From Eledone cirrhosa (Eukaryota): DNA of 64,000 bases. Below the pieces are notes generated by a model. It made no database searches. It had not been told where the DNA came from and worked only from the letters and a program-made list of their open reading frames with translations. The DNA lies in contig OZ024742.1 in assembly GCA_964016885.1 (NCBI GenBank), forward strand, positions 293,694,001-293,758,000, given 5' to 3'. Position numbers and translations under genes: made by a program. Shown in pieces: positions 13,171-25,620 of the stretch (within the stretch, counting starts at the first letter, position 1; each line of letters opens with the position of its first letter).

Positions 13171-14540
13171 CAGATTGAAAGAATGACAGGCAAATTTGAT
13201 TTTGGCAGGATTTGAGGATGGTATGACTTCTAGGCCCCTAACAAGTTGCAAAAGCCAAAGAAAGTGTATTTAATATTTCTAATAGTCCATCAACATCACC
13301 TAGCATGGATGTCAATGAGCTGCCACTGACCAACAACATTGGAGGCAATTGGTTGACTTATGTTCCCGACGGAACAAGCTGGACTAAGAGTAAGAACTAG
13401 TTCATCCTACACTGGTGTATTATCAACCCTGGAAGTAGGAAAGGCATTAGAACTGAGAACAGTAAGAGCTGGAATAAATACATACTACACTTTTCATCAC
13501 ACACTCTAACACTTCTATTATATTTCACCATAACTTTATCAACTATCACCAGTTGAAAAATTTTTCTCACACATTCCTTATTAGTCACTATTACTACATA
13601 CGTTTTACCACAGCTACCTTGAAACTACTTTACAATTAACAACTATGGAGATTAGTTTAAGACAAGCTTAGCACTCCAAACAATAATTGGTTTTTGGCAC
13701 ATTCTTCAATTTTTTTTTCTATCTTGCAACGTCACAGAAATAATAGTAACTAACTTAACACAGAGAGGGGGAGGAAAGGGGGGAGATTGGGTGGGGGAGG
13801 GGGAGAATGTTAAGTAATGATGATGGTGATGATATTCACAGCATTGATTATGAAAATAGTTTCACACTTATATGCATACATGTGAGTGTTTGTGTGTATG
13901 AAGGTGTGAAACCTACTGGTTATGGTTTTAAACTTATGATCGTGATGTTGTGGGTTTCATTCTTGGACTGGATGTGTTGTATTCTTGAACAAAACTCTTC
14001 ATTTCACATTGTTCCTGACCATTCAGTAGAAAATTAGTACCAGCAGTAGCTGCAGATTAAATCTTATGATAGACTGGTATCTTATACACGTGGGGGGGGG
14101 GGGGGTCTTGTATTCTCAGTTGCTTAATTCTAATAAAATCGGGATAAGTACTGGCCTAATGAGCCTCCAGGCTTCAGACAGACTTTAGAAGAATATATAT
14201 TTTTTTTATATATATATATTTCACTTCCATTTAATTTTATTTTTCTCTCTCTCCCCAATAACTTACAAACTTATTGACGCACTGGGGATAGACATATTGT
14301 CTTTAAATATCCGATACCCCCAACACACAACTGCAGAGACTTGTCTCTTGTTTGTGCTTTCCTTTCATTTCTATATATATATATATCATCAATATATGTT
14401 TGTATGTATATGTATGTCCCATCCTTGCAAGCAGAGAAGAGCGGACGTAAAATGATGATGATGTATGTATGTATGTATGTATGTATGTATGTATGTATGT
14501 ATGTATGTATGTATGTATGTATGTATGTATGTATGTACGT

Positions 14541-14895
14541 ATGTGAGACCTGTAATAGGGTTTGTCTGAGCATGGCAGGTCTAAAGAGTCACCTGAGAGT
14601 GCACAAGAACAGGGAAGCAGGCACCTGTAGAGCTATAAGTGTTCATCAGACGACGACATGTAATGTTTATGGAAGAGTATGCAGGTCGAGTAGTGATCTC
14701 ACACGACACCTTGGGTCACATGGTACCATGGGCCCAGCACTAGGTGTCAATAATTGTCACAAGTGTAGTGTTTGTACCAGAGTTTTCAAGTCGCTGGCTA
14801 GACTAAAAAGCCACACTCGTTCAGTGCATCGGTAGGGGTTCTCCTACATGGATATAAAGTAGTGGCCGTACTCGAAAACGAGTTGGCAGCCACCA
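14541..14895 (+). mobile_element. 3' end of a probable RTE-type LINE (family D) with three C-terminal C2H2-like fingers, inside (TATG)n
   Basis: CETCNRVC..GLKSHLRVH, CNVYGRVC..LTRHLGSH and CSVCTRVF..LKSHTRSVHR*, then a short 3'UTR. No TGEKP linkers; flanked by ATGT repeats. Confidence 0.65.
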
Positions 14896-15636
14896 TGTAT
14901 GTATACAACCCCGGTCACATCTCAATCATTCTATGTCAGAGCATCACTACCTCTCACATCTATATATAAATTAAAATAAGGTTTAACTCTACAGACAGTG
15001 TATTCTAAAAGAATACAGGCAAAATATGTGGCCTAGTGATTAGGGTTTAGACTTACAATCATAAGGTTGTGGGTATGACTGCTGAACTGGGCAGCACATT
15101 GTGTTCTTGTGCAAGATGCTTCATTTCATGAGAGGACAGTACAGATTGTCTGTTGTAAAACAGATAGGCCCTCCTATCATTAGAACATCCAAGAAAACTC
15201 CTATAAGATGTCTATAAGATGTAACCTCATGGAGGGTCAGCTAAACCTACATAGATGTGAGCTGTAATTTTAATTTTTTTTTTTTTTAATATATAGCATT
15301 GTGTGAATAATTAACAATCTACAAATATGGAACAGAAGCTTGAAGCATCACAAAGATGTATGAAAAGACACATGTTAGGAATCACTTAAATAGATAGAAA
15401 AAGTTGTAAACATGATAAAGGATTAAATTTTAATATTTTTTTTTTTACATTTAAACCAGCCATATCTGGCCAGAATTCTTTCACCTCTTTCTCTTGAAAC
15501 TGGTCGTAACCGGCTGCTCATACTTATATTGAGGTATTATTCTCAAAATAATATCAAAATCTCATAGATTCTATATTATGTGAGATAATTGTGAGGTAAA
15601 GCCTTTACCATGAAAATATAATAGATATATAAAGTA

Positions 15637-16170
15637 ATCATCATCATCATCATTTTACGTCCGCTTTTCCCTACTTGCAAGGGTGGGACGGGTCTTATTC
15701 AGCACAGCATCTCTCCACTCGTCACGGTCCCTCGTCATCTCCACCGTGAGCTTCAATGATCTGAGGTCTGTTCTCACCACCTCCGCCCATGTTTTTCGCG
15801 GTCTTCCTCTACCACGTCTTCCTTCAACTGGCATTTCCTGGCACTTCTTCACCCATCGGTCATCCTCCATGTGCATCACATGTCCATACCACCTCAGTCT
15901 CCTCTCCCGTACACTACATTCTATCCTCTCAGACACAGTTTCTCTCTCAACACATTTATGCTGGGCCGTTCACGCACATTTACACTGCACATCCAACGGA
16001 GCATGCTTGCCTCATTTCTCTCCAGCCGTCGCATATCCTCTGCAGTTGCTGCCCATGTCTCACTACCATGCAGCATCGCGCTCCTCACACAGGCATCATG
16101 CAACCAGCCTTTCGTACGCAGGAAGAAACCCTTCTTCGTCAACAGAGGAAGCAGCTCCCTAAACTTCTTC
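15637..16170 (-). mobile_element. 5'-truncated RTE LINE family C, inserted in a TTAA MITE (~15445-16193)
   Basis: Encodes MLHGSETWA..RRLERNEASMLRWMC and [37 protein letters not shown], with the (GAT)n tail directly after the stop. Confidence 0.92.
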
Positions 16171-16371
16171 TAATAGAAATGTTAAAGGATTAAAATAGAA
16201 ATTGTAAGTGTGCAGAGAAATGACCACAAAAGGCAAAGCTGTGTATACATTGGGGACCAGGGGTGGGGTGAGACAGGTTCAAGAAGACAGAGGGTGAGAT
16301 GGGTGTTACATGGATAAAAGTTGCACAGTATTGAAACATTTAGCACCAGCTTGCAGTGGGCAGATAAAAGC

Positions 16372-16745
16372 TGGTGGTGGTGATGATGATGGTGGTGGTG
16401 GTGGTGGTGGTGGTGATGGAGATGGTGATGATGGTGGTGGCGATGATGGTGGTGGCGATGGTGGGTGATGATGACGATGATGATGATGGTGGTGTTGGTG
16501 TTGGTGTTGTTGATGATAGGTGATGATGATGATGATGATGATGATGATGGGTGATGGTGGTGGGTGATGGTGATGATGTTGATGATGGTGGTGATGGTGG
16601 TGGTGGTGTGGTGATGGTGGTGGTGTGGTGATGGTGGTGGTGATGGTGGTGGTGGTGATGATGGTGGCAGTGGTGATGGTGGCAGTGGTGATGGTGGCAG
16701 TGGCAGTTGTGATGATGGTGGTGGTGATGATGGTGGTGATGGTGG
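16372..16745. repeat. (GGT/GAT)n microsatellite
   Basis: Directly visible. Confidence 0.95.
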
Positions 16746-17142
16746 TTTTACAACAGACAATCTGTACTGTATACCAGCTTCTGGAGTAAAGAGATAAAAA
16801 TAGAATCTAGAAGATAAAGATAACTGACAGGTTTTAATTGTGAGATAAAAAAAAAATAATAATCATTAGTCTATTTAGCTTTCTCCCTCAAAATAACTGG
16901 ATAACTACTTAAATATAGACAACATATAAATAGACATCACAACATGTAAATATACGTACCTCATATATAGATATATACATAACACAGACACACACATAGT
17001 GTGGGATCATAAGTAAGCAAGATACATGCCCCCAGCTCATCTGAGAGGTCAGTGGCCTCACTTGAGTAGACGTGGTTAACCCTTGCTAGTGGGGAAAACA
17101 GACATTCGATGATGATACACACACACACATATATATATACAT

Positions 17143-18078
17143 ATAGTGGACACCTTCCGTTACCTGGGTGGTGGGTGCTCGGAAAGTACAGTAGCTAAAG
17201 TCAGAACGGGCTGGAAAAAGTTCAGAGAGCTTATACCACTATTGGCTACTAAAGGCTTTTCCCTAAAAGTGAAAGGCAGACTGTATGATGCCTGTATACG
17301 AACAGCATTGCTACATGGCAGTGAGACATGGGCATTGTGTGCAGAGGATCTGCGCAGACTGGAGAGGAACGACGCTTGCATGCTCCGTTGGATCTGTAAT
17401 AGTAATATACGTGAACGGCAAAGCATAAATGAACTAAGTGAGAAATTAGGAATAAGAGGGATCAGATGCTGTTTACTCGAGAGAAGACTACGTTGGTTTG
17501 GTCACGTGATGCGCATGAAAGACAACAGCTGTATAAAAAAGTGCAGGGCGATCAAAATAGATGGAAGATACAGAGTAGGCAGACCCAGAAAAACCTGGGA
17601 CGATTTGATAAATTCCAACCTTACAGACTTACACCTCTCCAAGACAATGTCACTAGACCAAGATCTTTGGCACTACACAGTAATACAGAAGACCCGCCTT
17701 GCCTAAGTACAAAGTGAAACCTACAGTCAGTAGGCTCCTCCTAACCAAAAATACACCCCCATCCCACTACCCCCACCCCTCTTTTTCTGTAAAGATATGT
17801 TGGTACCACAACATCCAGGCCGAAACAAATGAGGTTGTGTAGGTGTCACGACAAAAAAACACACAGTCCACACTGTAATGTGGACGTGTAGGTAACACGG
17901 TAAAAACCTCCCAGTCCACACTGTAAATGTGGTTGATGTTAGGAAGGGCATCCAGCCGTAGAAAACCCGCCAGACAGTCCTATGCGAGCAAGACAACCAC
18001 TCTTGCCTCAAGTGGGAAAACTCCCGTCCAAACCCATGCAAGCGTGGAAGATGGACGTTAAACGATGATGATGATGAT
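17143..18078 (+). mobile_element. 5'-truncated RTE LINE family B
   Basis: ORF 17146-17706 matches the C-terminal part of ORF 25736-26950. Ends in (GAT)n; TA/CA repeats on both flanks. Confidence 0.93.
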
Positions 18079-18085
18079 ATACAAA

Positions 18086-18136
<51 letters not shown>

Positions 18137-18151
18137 ATATATATACACACA

Positions 18152-18254
<103 letters not shown>

Positions 18255-18442
18255 TATATACACACACACACAAACATTATATATACACACACACACATTA
18301 TATATACACACACACTATATATATACACACACACACACACACTATATATATAGATATATATATATATACACACACACAATATATATATAGATATATATAT
18401 ACATACACACACACACAATATATATATAGATATATATATATA

Positions 18443-18685
18443 TATTTCACATTGCTCCAGTTTACTCAGCTGTAGAAATGAGATGATAGGGACTGGGGTC
18501 CATATCATTCCACTGCAAAGTGGTCGTGGAGGTGCCACGGCAAAAAAGCACCCAGCACTCACTGTAAATGAGGTTCGTGTTAGGAAGGGCATCCAGCTGT
18601 AGAAATCAAGCCAGAATCAGTTCCCGTCCCACCCTTGCAAGCAGGGAAAAGGGGACGTAAAAATGATGATGATGATGATGATGAT
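18443..18685 (+). mobile_element. 5'-truncated CORE-like SINE with the family C tail, within TA/CA repeats
   Basis: Matches 40792-41033. Confidence 0.88.
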
Positions 18686-18813
18686 ACATTCACACAATAT
18701 ATATATAGATATATATATATACACACACACAGACACACAATATATATATAGATATATATATATATATACATACACACAATATATATATAGATATATATAT
18801 ACACACACACACA

Positions 18814-18921
<108 letters not shown>

Positions 18922-18948
18922 CATACACTATATATATATATATATATA

Positions 18949-20076
18949 CCTCTGGAACGGTGGGACACACCATGGTCACCCGGATTGTAAACCAAGTCAT
19001 ACAGAATGGGGTTGTTCCGAAGGACTGGCGTAGCAGCATCATCATTAACTGCTACAAGGGTAAAGGAGATGCCCTAGATAGGAGTAACTTTGGAGGCATT
19101 AAATTAATCGACCAGGTCATGAAGGTCACAGAAAAAGTAATAGCGCAACTAATCAGAGAGAGAATTGATCTAGATGAAATGCAGTTCGGGTTTGTGTAAG
19201 GCAAAAGTACCACAGACGCTCTTTTCATTGTACGACAACTACAGGAGAAGTACTTAGCTAAAAGTAAACCCCTATACTTAGCTTTTGTCGACTTGGAGAA
19301 AGCCTTTGACAGAGTCCTCCGTTCCATTATCTGGTGGGCTCTTTGAAAACTAGGTGTTGAATGGCTTGTGAGAGCTATACAAGCCATGTATAAAGAAACA
19401 GTCAGCAAGGTTAGAATTAACAACGAATATAGTGAAGAGTTTAGCGTAAAAGTTGGTGTTCATCAGAGAAGGCTACGTTGGTACGGTCACGTGATGCGCA
19501 TGAAAGACGACAGCTGTATAAAAGAGTGCAGGGCAATAAAAATAGACGGTAGCCACGGAGTAGGCAGACCCAGAAAAACCTGGGACGACTTGATAAATTC
19601 CGACCTCACACACACCTCTCCAAGACAATGTCACTGGACCGAGATCTTTGGCGGTACTCAGTAATAGAGAAGACCCGCCTTACCTAAATACAAAGTAAAA
19701 CCTACTACAGTCAGTAGGCACCTCTAACAAAATACACCCCGTCCCACTACCCCCACCTCATCCACACCACCCCTTTCAATGTAAAGTTATGTTATGTTGG
19801 TACCAGAACATCCAGGCCGAAACAAATGAGGTCGTGTAGGTGTCACAACAAAAAAACACACAGTCCACGCTGTAATGTGGCCGTGTAGGCAACACGGTAA
19901 AAACCTCCCAGCCCCACACTGTAAATGTGGTTGGTGTTAGGAAGGGCATCCAGCCGTAGAAAACCCACCAGACAGTCCTATGCGAGCAAGACAACCATTC
20001 TTGCCTCAAGTGGGAAAACTCCCGTCCAAACCCATGCAAGCGTGGCATATGGATGTTAAATGATGATGATGATGAT
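18949..20076 (+). mobile_element. RTE LINE family B with an ~0.8-kb internal deletion at ~19465
   Basis: RT motifs YKGKGD..GIKL, QFGF and FVDLEKAFDRV, then a jump from GVHQ straight to RRLRWYGHV. Contains in-frame stops and a (GAT)n tail. Confidence 0.92.
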
Positions 20077-20097
20077 ACACACACACTATATATATAT

Positions 20098-20183
<86 letters not shown>

Positions 20184-20287
20184 TATATATATATACACAC
20201 ACACACACACTATATATATATATACACACACACACACTATATATATATACACACACACACTATATATATATATACACACACACACAC

Positions 20288-20394
<107 letters not shown>

Positions 20395-21077
20395 TAGAGA
20401 GAGAGAGAGAGACCCTAAGTTAAATATGTAAGAAATTCTTAATTTGACTAGCATATAAAAAAGTGGATAAAGTAATGAGTTATTAGTAACTCACGAGTTC
20501 ATATCTTACTGCAAGAATTTGGTTTTCTTTAACAGCCCAAACACACAATCACTACACTTATCAAGAACATAATAGCATACTCAATCATTCCTAAAAATAA
20601 ACAATATGCAACTACAATCCCCAAAGTCACTACAAATTACAGGTCTCTCTATCACTGAAAATCTCTCCATAGCAAAGACTGTATCATGAAAACTAGCCTG
20701 CATCTTCATAACTGGAAAATAAATCAGTTTCCTCACAACCATTAACCCTCTACAAAACTCCTGTAAGACCCACAGTGGCATACTACTACCACATCTGAGA
20801 CCATACATGCTACTACACTCACAGATATTTTACACTGTATTTTTAAAAAAAAACACCACCCAACTGACTGAAAGTTGTTCACATTCAAACTCCAAAATCC
20901 TGGCCCACAGACATGTTGTCTCCTCTCTCTGCCTTTGTCAATACTACTAGTGGGCTCAACTCTTTAGAACTAGCTGGTTTTGTACCACCTTCAATCAGGC
21001 ACTCCCATGTTGTATTTACTCCCCTAGATCCATAACCCTGTTCTACCTTCCCAGACATCAACTTTCTGGAATTCATT

Positions 21078-21264
21078 ACGGTGGATTGGCAGTATCGGTA
21101 GAGGGTCGGACGCCATGCTTTCCAGCATAGTTACGTCCCTTTACCATCTGAGTTCAAATCCCGCCGAGGTTGACTTTGCCTTTCATCCTTACGGGGTCGA
21201 TAAAATAAAGTACCAGTAATGCACTGGTAATTGCTGGCCTTGTGCCTAAAGTAGAAACAATTAT
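21078..21264 (+). mobile_element. Near full-length Meta-like SINE
   Basis: Head CGGTGGATTGGCAGTATCGG, B box GAGTTCAAATCCC, family core, and tail AGAAACAATTATT. Confidence 0.9.
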
Positions 21265-21383
21265 TTGTCCAAATGTTTTTCCACATAAATCTTACCAGTC
21301 TTGGATTGCCTATAAAGGGCAATGGGTATAGACATATTCTACAGACCAAACTAATAAAATACAATTAAAAAAAAATAATCATC

Positions 21384-22105
21384 TTAACTCTTAACATCCT
21401 GTACCCCATGAAACCGCATTAGCAAGATCATCATCATCATCATTTTACGTCCGCTTTTCCTTGCTGGCAAAGGTGGGACGGGAACTGATTCTGGCTTGAT
21501 TTCTACAGCTGGATGCCCTTCCTAACACCAACCTCATTTACAGTGAGTACTGGGTGCTTTTTGCCGTGGCACCTCCATGACCACTTTGCAGTGGAATGAG
21601 AGGGACCCCAGTCCCTATCATCTCATTTCTACAGCTGAGTAAACTGGAGCAATGTGAAATAAAGTGTCTTGCTCAAGGAAACAACACATCACCCGGTCTG
21701 AGAATTGAACTCACAACCTTTCGATTGCAAGCCCAATGATCTAACCACTAAGCCATATGCCTCCATGCTCTTGTAAAATATAAAACAGCACTTCACTGCA
21801 TCATCATTATTTAACATTATATTTGATAACAAAAGAACAGCTACATAAAATGTCAGCACTGACTCGGAGTCATAGACTTCAGATGCAAGCCGGGGGGGGG
21901 GGGACACTTTTCACATCTGTTCCTGCTTTCTACAGGTTGCACCGACTATACATTTCATCACATTAAAAATTGAAGTCTTTACTATTACTATAATATTGCA
22001 AATTTTCACAATCTATCCTCTAGTAAAAAATACTATAAACCTTTGAATTAACAAACTTGCTTTTAGATATTTTCTGTTAAATCATTATATAATGTTAACA
22101 GTTAA
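21384..22105. mobile_element. TTAA-flanked MITE (family P3) containing a SINE and an extra ~150-bp insert; uninterrupted copy at 54363-54584
   Basis: Ends TTAACTCTTAACAT and ATGTTAACAGTTAA; internal similarity to 54363-54584. Confidence 0.7.
21427..21765 (-). mobile_element. Full-length tRNA/CORE-like SINE with the family C tail
   Basis: Reverse complement of 40688-41033 at high identity. Confidence 0.92.
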
Positions 22106-22606
22106 AAGATCTTATCACCTAACTTATGATTTAGAATTTGCATAAAAACTGCAACCCTACCACATATACCTGTGATTCTTTGTGTGATTTTTATATTCAA
22201 ATAAAGATATATAGCCCAGACATCCAGCATTAGAGAGTCAAATGAATGCCTTGCAGAATTTATTTCTGCTTTTTGTGTTGAAAATTCAAATCCTGCTGAG
22301 GTCAACTTTGCTTTTCATCCTTCTGGTGTCAAAATATAAAGTACCAATCTAAAGCAGGGGACTAGCAGAATCAGAGTGTTGCAATAATTGTTCTGTCTCT
22401 TAGAGGTCTGAACACAAATCTCACTGTAAACTTAACTCATCATCAGGTTTGGTCTTTGGAGGCTTAGTCCACTCTTGTTGCAAGCTTTCAATCCAGGTTT
22501 CCAGTGAGAAAATACCTACCAACCTACCTACCTACATCCCTCCCTCCCATCAGTCTTGGTGGCCCCTAAAAAAGAATTTGAACACTGCCTTTTTTTCTTG
22601 ACTCAC

Positions 22607-22649
22607 CAGCAAAAACAAACAAAAGATGAATAAAAGCTGGCCCTGGCAT
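22607..22649 (-). CDS. Candidate first coding exon, signal-peptide-like MPGPAFIHLLFVFA, phase-1 donor
   Basis: ATG plus 14 codons and 1 nt, then CTG|GTGAGT, in non-repetitive sequence. No homology support. Confidence 0.25.
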
Positions 22650-24188
22650 GAAGTGAACTGGTCTTAAAATCTATCATTATTCAATGCTGCTTATGAACAG
22701 GCAGTTAACAAACTCATCTTTCTTCTATCCCTACAAGCCATCTGTATTTAATACCACCCTTGCTTCTCTCCCTTGTTGAACACACATTCTATCTCTCTCC
22801 CAATAGACAATACATTATGCAATATACACTGCAAACACCAATATACATATTTGCATTGGTATTATATTTGATAACAAAAGGACAGCTACATAAAAACACC
22901 AAGGAAAACATGTTTGCTTAGATGTGGAGAGAAAAACATATAAATATAGCATGCCTTTGTTCAATCTCTAGCATACAGCAACCAATTGAATGCAGATGCT
23001 TCTCTCTCTCTCTCCCTGTGTGAGTGTGCGTATGAGTATATATATATATGCACACATACACAGCTTATTGTGTGTGTAAGTGTACAACAGAGTGTCAGTG
23101 TGTATAATAAACATCTATAAACATTGACACAAGTACAAGTTTATAAACATACATACACACTCATACACACGCATTAAGACTTTTTATTAAACCTGTTAAC
23201 GTGTGTGTATGTGTGTGCGTGTGTGTATATATGTATGTGTTCAGGCATGAACACATACATACAAGAAAATACACACTAATAATGCAACAATTTAGATAAT
23301 ACACTTGATTCAACATCTCTAAATATAAATGAATCACCTATACACACACTCCACACATATATATATACACAGACAAACATACTCTCACATACACAAACAT
23401 TTACACACACATCCACATGCATACACACATACACTCACATGCATACACACATCCACATGCATGCAGAAATGCACCACAAACATATACACACATGTACACA
23501 GAGCAATATTTGCCTGCTTTGTCATCTGAGAGAAAGATTTGTTATGAAATACAGGTGATGTTGTAACTATTTTCTGCACTGCCTATTACACAGTTAAAAC
23601 CAGAATATTTCCTGTATTGCAAGAACTGTTCTCCCTGATTGGATAACAGTAAAATTGGCAACAAAACAGATTTAACCACTTTTATTTACTACACCTACAA
23701 ATCATTGATGTTAGTTTTATTGTCTTATTACATAGTAAAGCAGCAAATTGAGGATTGACAGGGTCATTAGGGCATGAGATTAAATCTCCTTAGTGTTTGT
23801 TTTGGCTCACTGCAATCTGAGTTCAAATCCCACTAAGATCAACTTTGCCTTCTTATCTTTTCAGGATCGATAAATAAAGTACCAGTTCAGTACTGAGTTT
23901 AACAAAGACATTATAGAGATTCAGATTTAACTAAATAACAAATTAAAAATTTTAGAGTAAATTTAAAAGTCTATCTCTCTCTCTGGACCAGGTTATGTTC
24001 AAACCTGGAGAGAGAGAGAGAGAGATGGCCTCTACAAAATATAAAATGCTCAATATACTCTATATATCAGAGTAGCGCCCTTACGGCACCACATTTCTGT
24101 GTGCATATATATATATATGTTAAGTATTTCTGAAGAAAAAGCAAAGGAAAAAAGAATGAAAGGTTTTCGTATTTTCATTTCATAATCT

Positions 24189-24256
24189 CTCTGTCTGATG
24201 AACGCTCTAGATGTATGTTAATATTGTCTAGGGTCCTGAAACCTTTGGTAATGGAG
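24189..24256 (+). ncRNA. Putative type I hammerhead ribozyme in a Penelope-like pseudo-LTR remnant (~24119-24290)
   Basis: Stem I CTCTGT/ATGGAG, core CTGATGA, stem II GCTCTAGA/TCTAGGGT, GAAA, stem III ACC-TTT-GGT, cleavage triplet GTA. Confidence 0.55.
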
Positions 24257-24372
24257 TAGTTATATATTGTGTTGTTCACTTTCTAATAATATATATATAT
24301 ATAGATATATATATATATAAACATATATATATATATATAGATATATATGTATATAAACATATATATATATCT

Positions 24373-24435
24373 CTAGGGCAGGTAAAATTCCCGAGATCCA
24401 TGAACGAGTTCTCTCCAGCGTTCTCTGTCCCTCAT
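24373..24435 (-). mobile_element. Very short LINE 3' end (family E) within (TA)n
   Basis: MRDRERWRELVHGSREFYLP* carries the terminal DRxxWR motif of RTE-type ORF2. Confidence 0.55.
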
Positions 24436-24486
24436 TATAATATATATATATATAATATATATATATATAATATATATATATATGTT

Positions 24487-24519
<33 letters not shown>

Positions 24520-24529
24520 TATAATATAT

Positions 24530-25620
24530 ATCATCATCACCGTTTTACGTCCGTTCTTCCACGCTAGCATGGGTTAGACGGGTTGTCCTGTTGTGGGCAG
24601 TGTCTGGTCGGCTGACCATGCCTTGCTCATACAGGAACTGATTTGGCTTGATTTCTACAGCTGGATGCCCTTCCTAACACCAACCTTATTTACAGTGTGG
24701 GCTGGGTGCTTTTTTTGCCGTGGCACCTCCACGACCACCTTGCAGTGGGGGTGTGTGGGGGCATATTGTCTATATGCTTCAGCTTGTACCCATGGGAGGT
24801 CGGGTACTCTGTATTAGTGCGTGACGCCAGAGGTCATGGTCGTGTGTCATCACCTTTGAGAGGTGTAATTGGGTAAGGTCGACTTTTATCACCTCATCCA
24901 AGGTCATCTTGGGTCTCCCCACTCCGCGGTTTCCATTGACTTCTAGTGCTCTGCACCTTTTCATGCAGCTGTCATCCTTCATACGCATCACGTGTCCATA
25001 CCAGCGCATCCGCCTCTCCTGCACACAGCATTTGATTCCTCTTATGCTTTGTCATTCGCGTATATTACTGTTACACATCCATCGGAGCATGTAGGCTTCG
25101 TTTCTCTCTAATCTACGTAAGTCTTCCACCTTCAGCGCTCAAGTCTCACTACCATGCAACATCACTTTTCGGATACACGCATCATACAGTCTGCTGTTCA
25201 TTTTGAGGGAGAAGCCTTTTGCAGCTAGCAGTGGTAGTAGTTCCCTAAACTTCTTCCATCCCATTCTTACCCTAGTTATTGTACTTTCTGAACACCCACC
25301 TCCGCTGCTAATTCGGTCACCTAGGTAGCAGAAGCTGTCTACTGTTTCTACAGAGCCCTCCCAGAGATTGGTGGTACTTGTTTTTTGTGGCTGTTTGCTG
25401 CTTGCTGTCCCAGCACAGCTGCTGCATGTGAAGCCTACATTCTTAATTAAGCTTCCTGAGATCCCGCTACATCTCTTGTGTACCCATTGTTTGCATTTGG
25501 GGAAGAGAATGGAGTTCCTACCTACACCTTTCCTACATACTGAGCAAGGCCATTTCCCTGAGGGGATCTGGGTTCTGTTTTCTCGTCTACTTACAAGGAC
25601 CTTAGTCTTTGTCATGTTGA
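24530..25620 (-). mobile_element. 5'-truncated RTE LINE family A
   Basis: From NMTKTKVL through the Cys-rich region, YLG, HGSET and RRMRWYGHV to the 3'UTR and (GAT)n. Confidence 0.93.

Noticed and set aside
19455-19475. Spliced (intron-removed) LINE copy
   Set aside because: The missing segment does not begin with GT; the junction shows AG microhomology, consistent with deletion or template jump.
21230-21264. Meta-like SINE tail as partner of the CR1-like LINE
   Set aside because: Only the (TTA)n end is shared; I could not see convincing similarity upstream of it.
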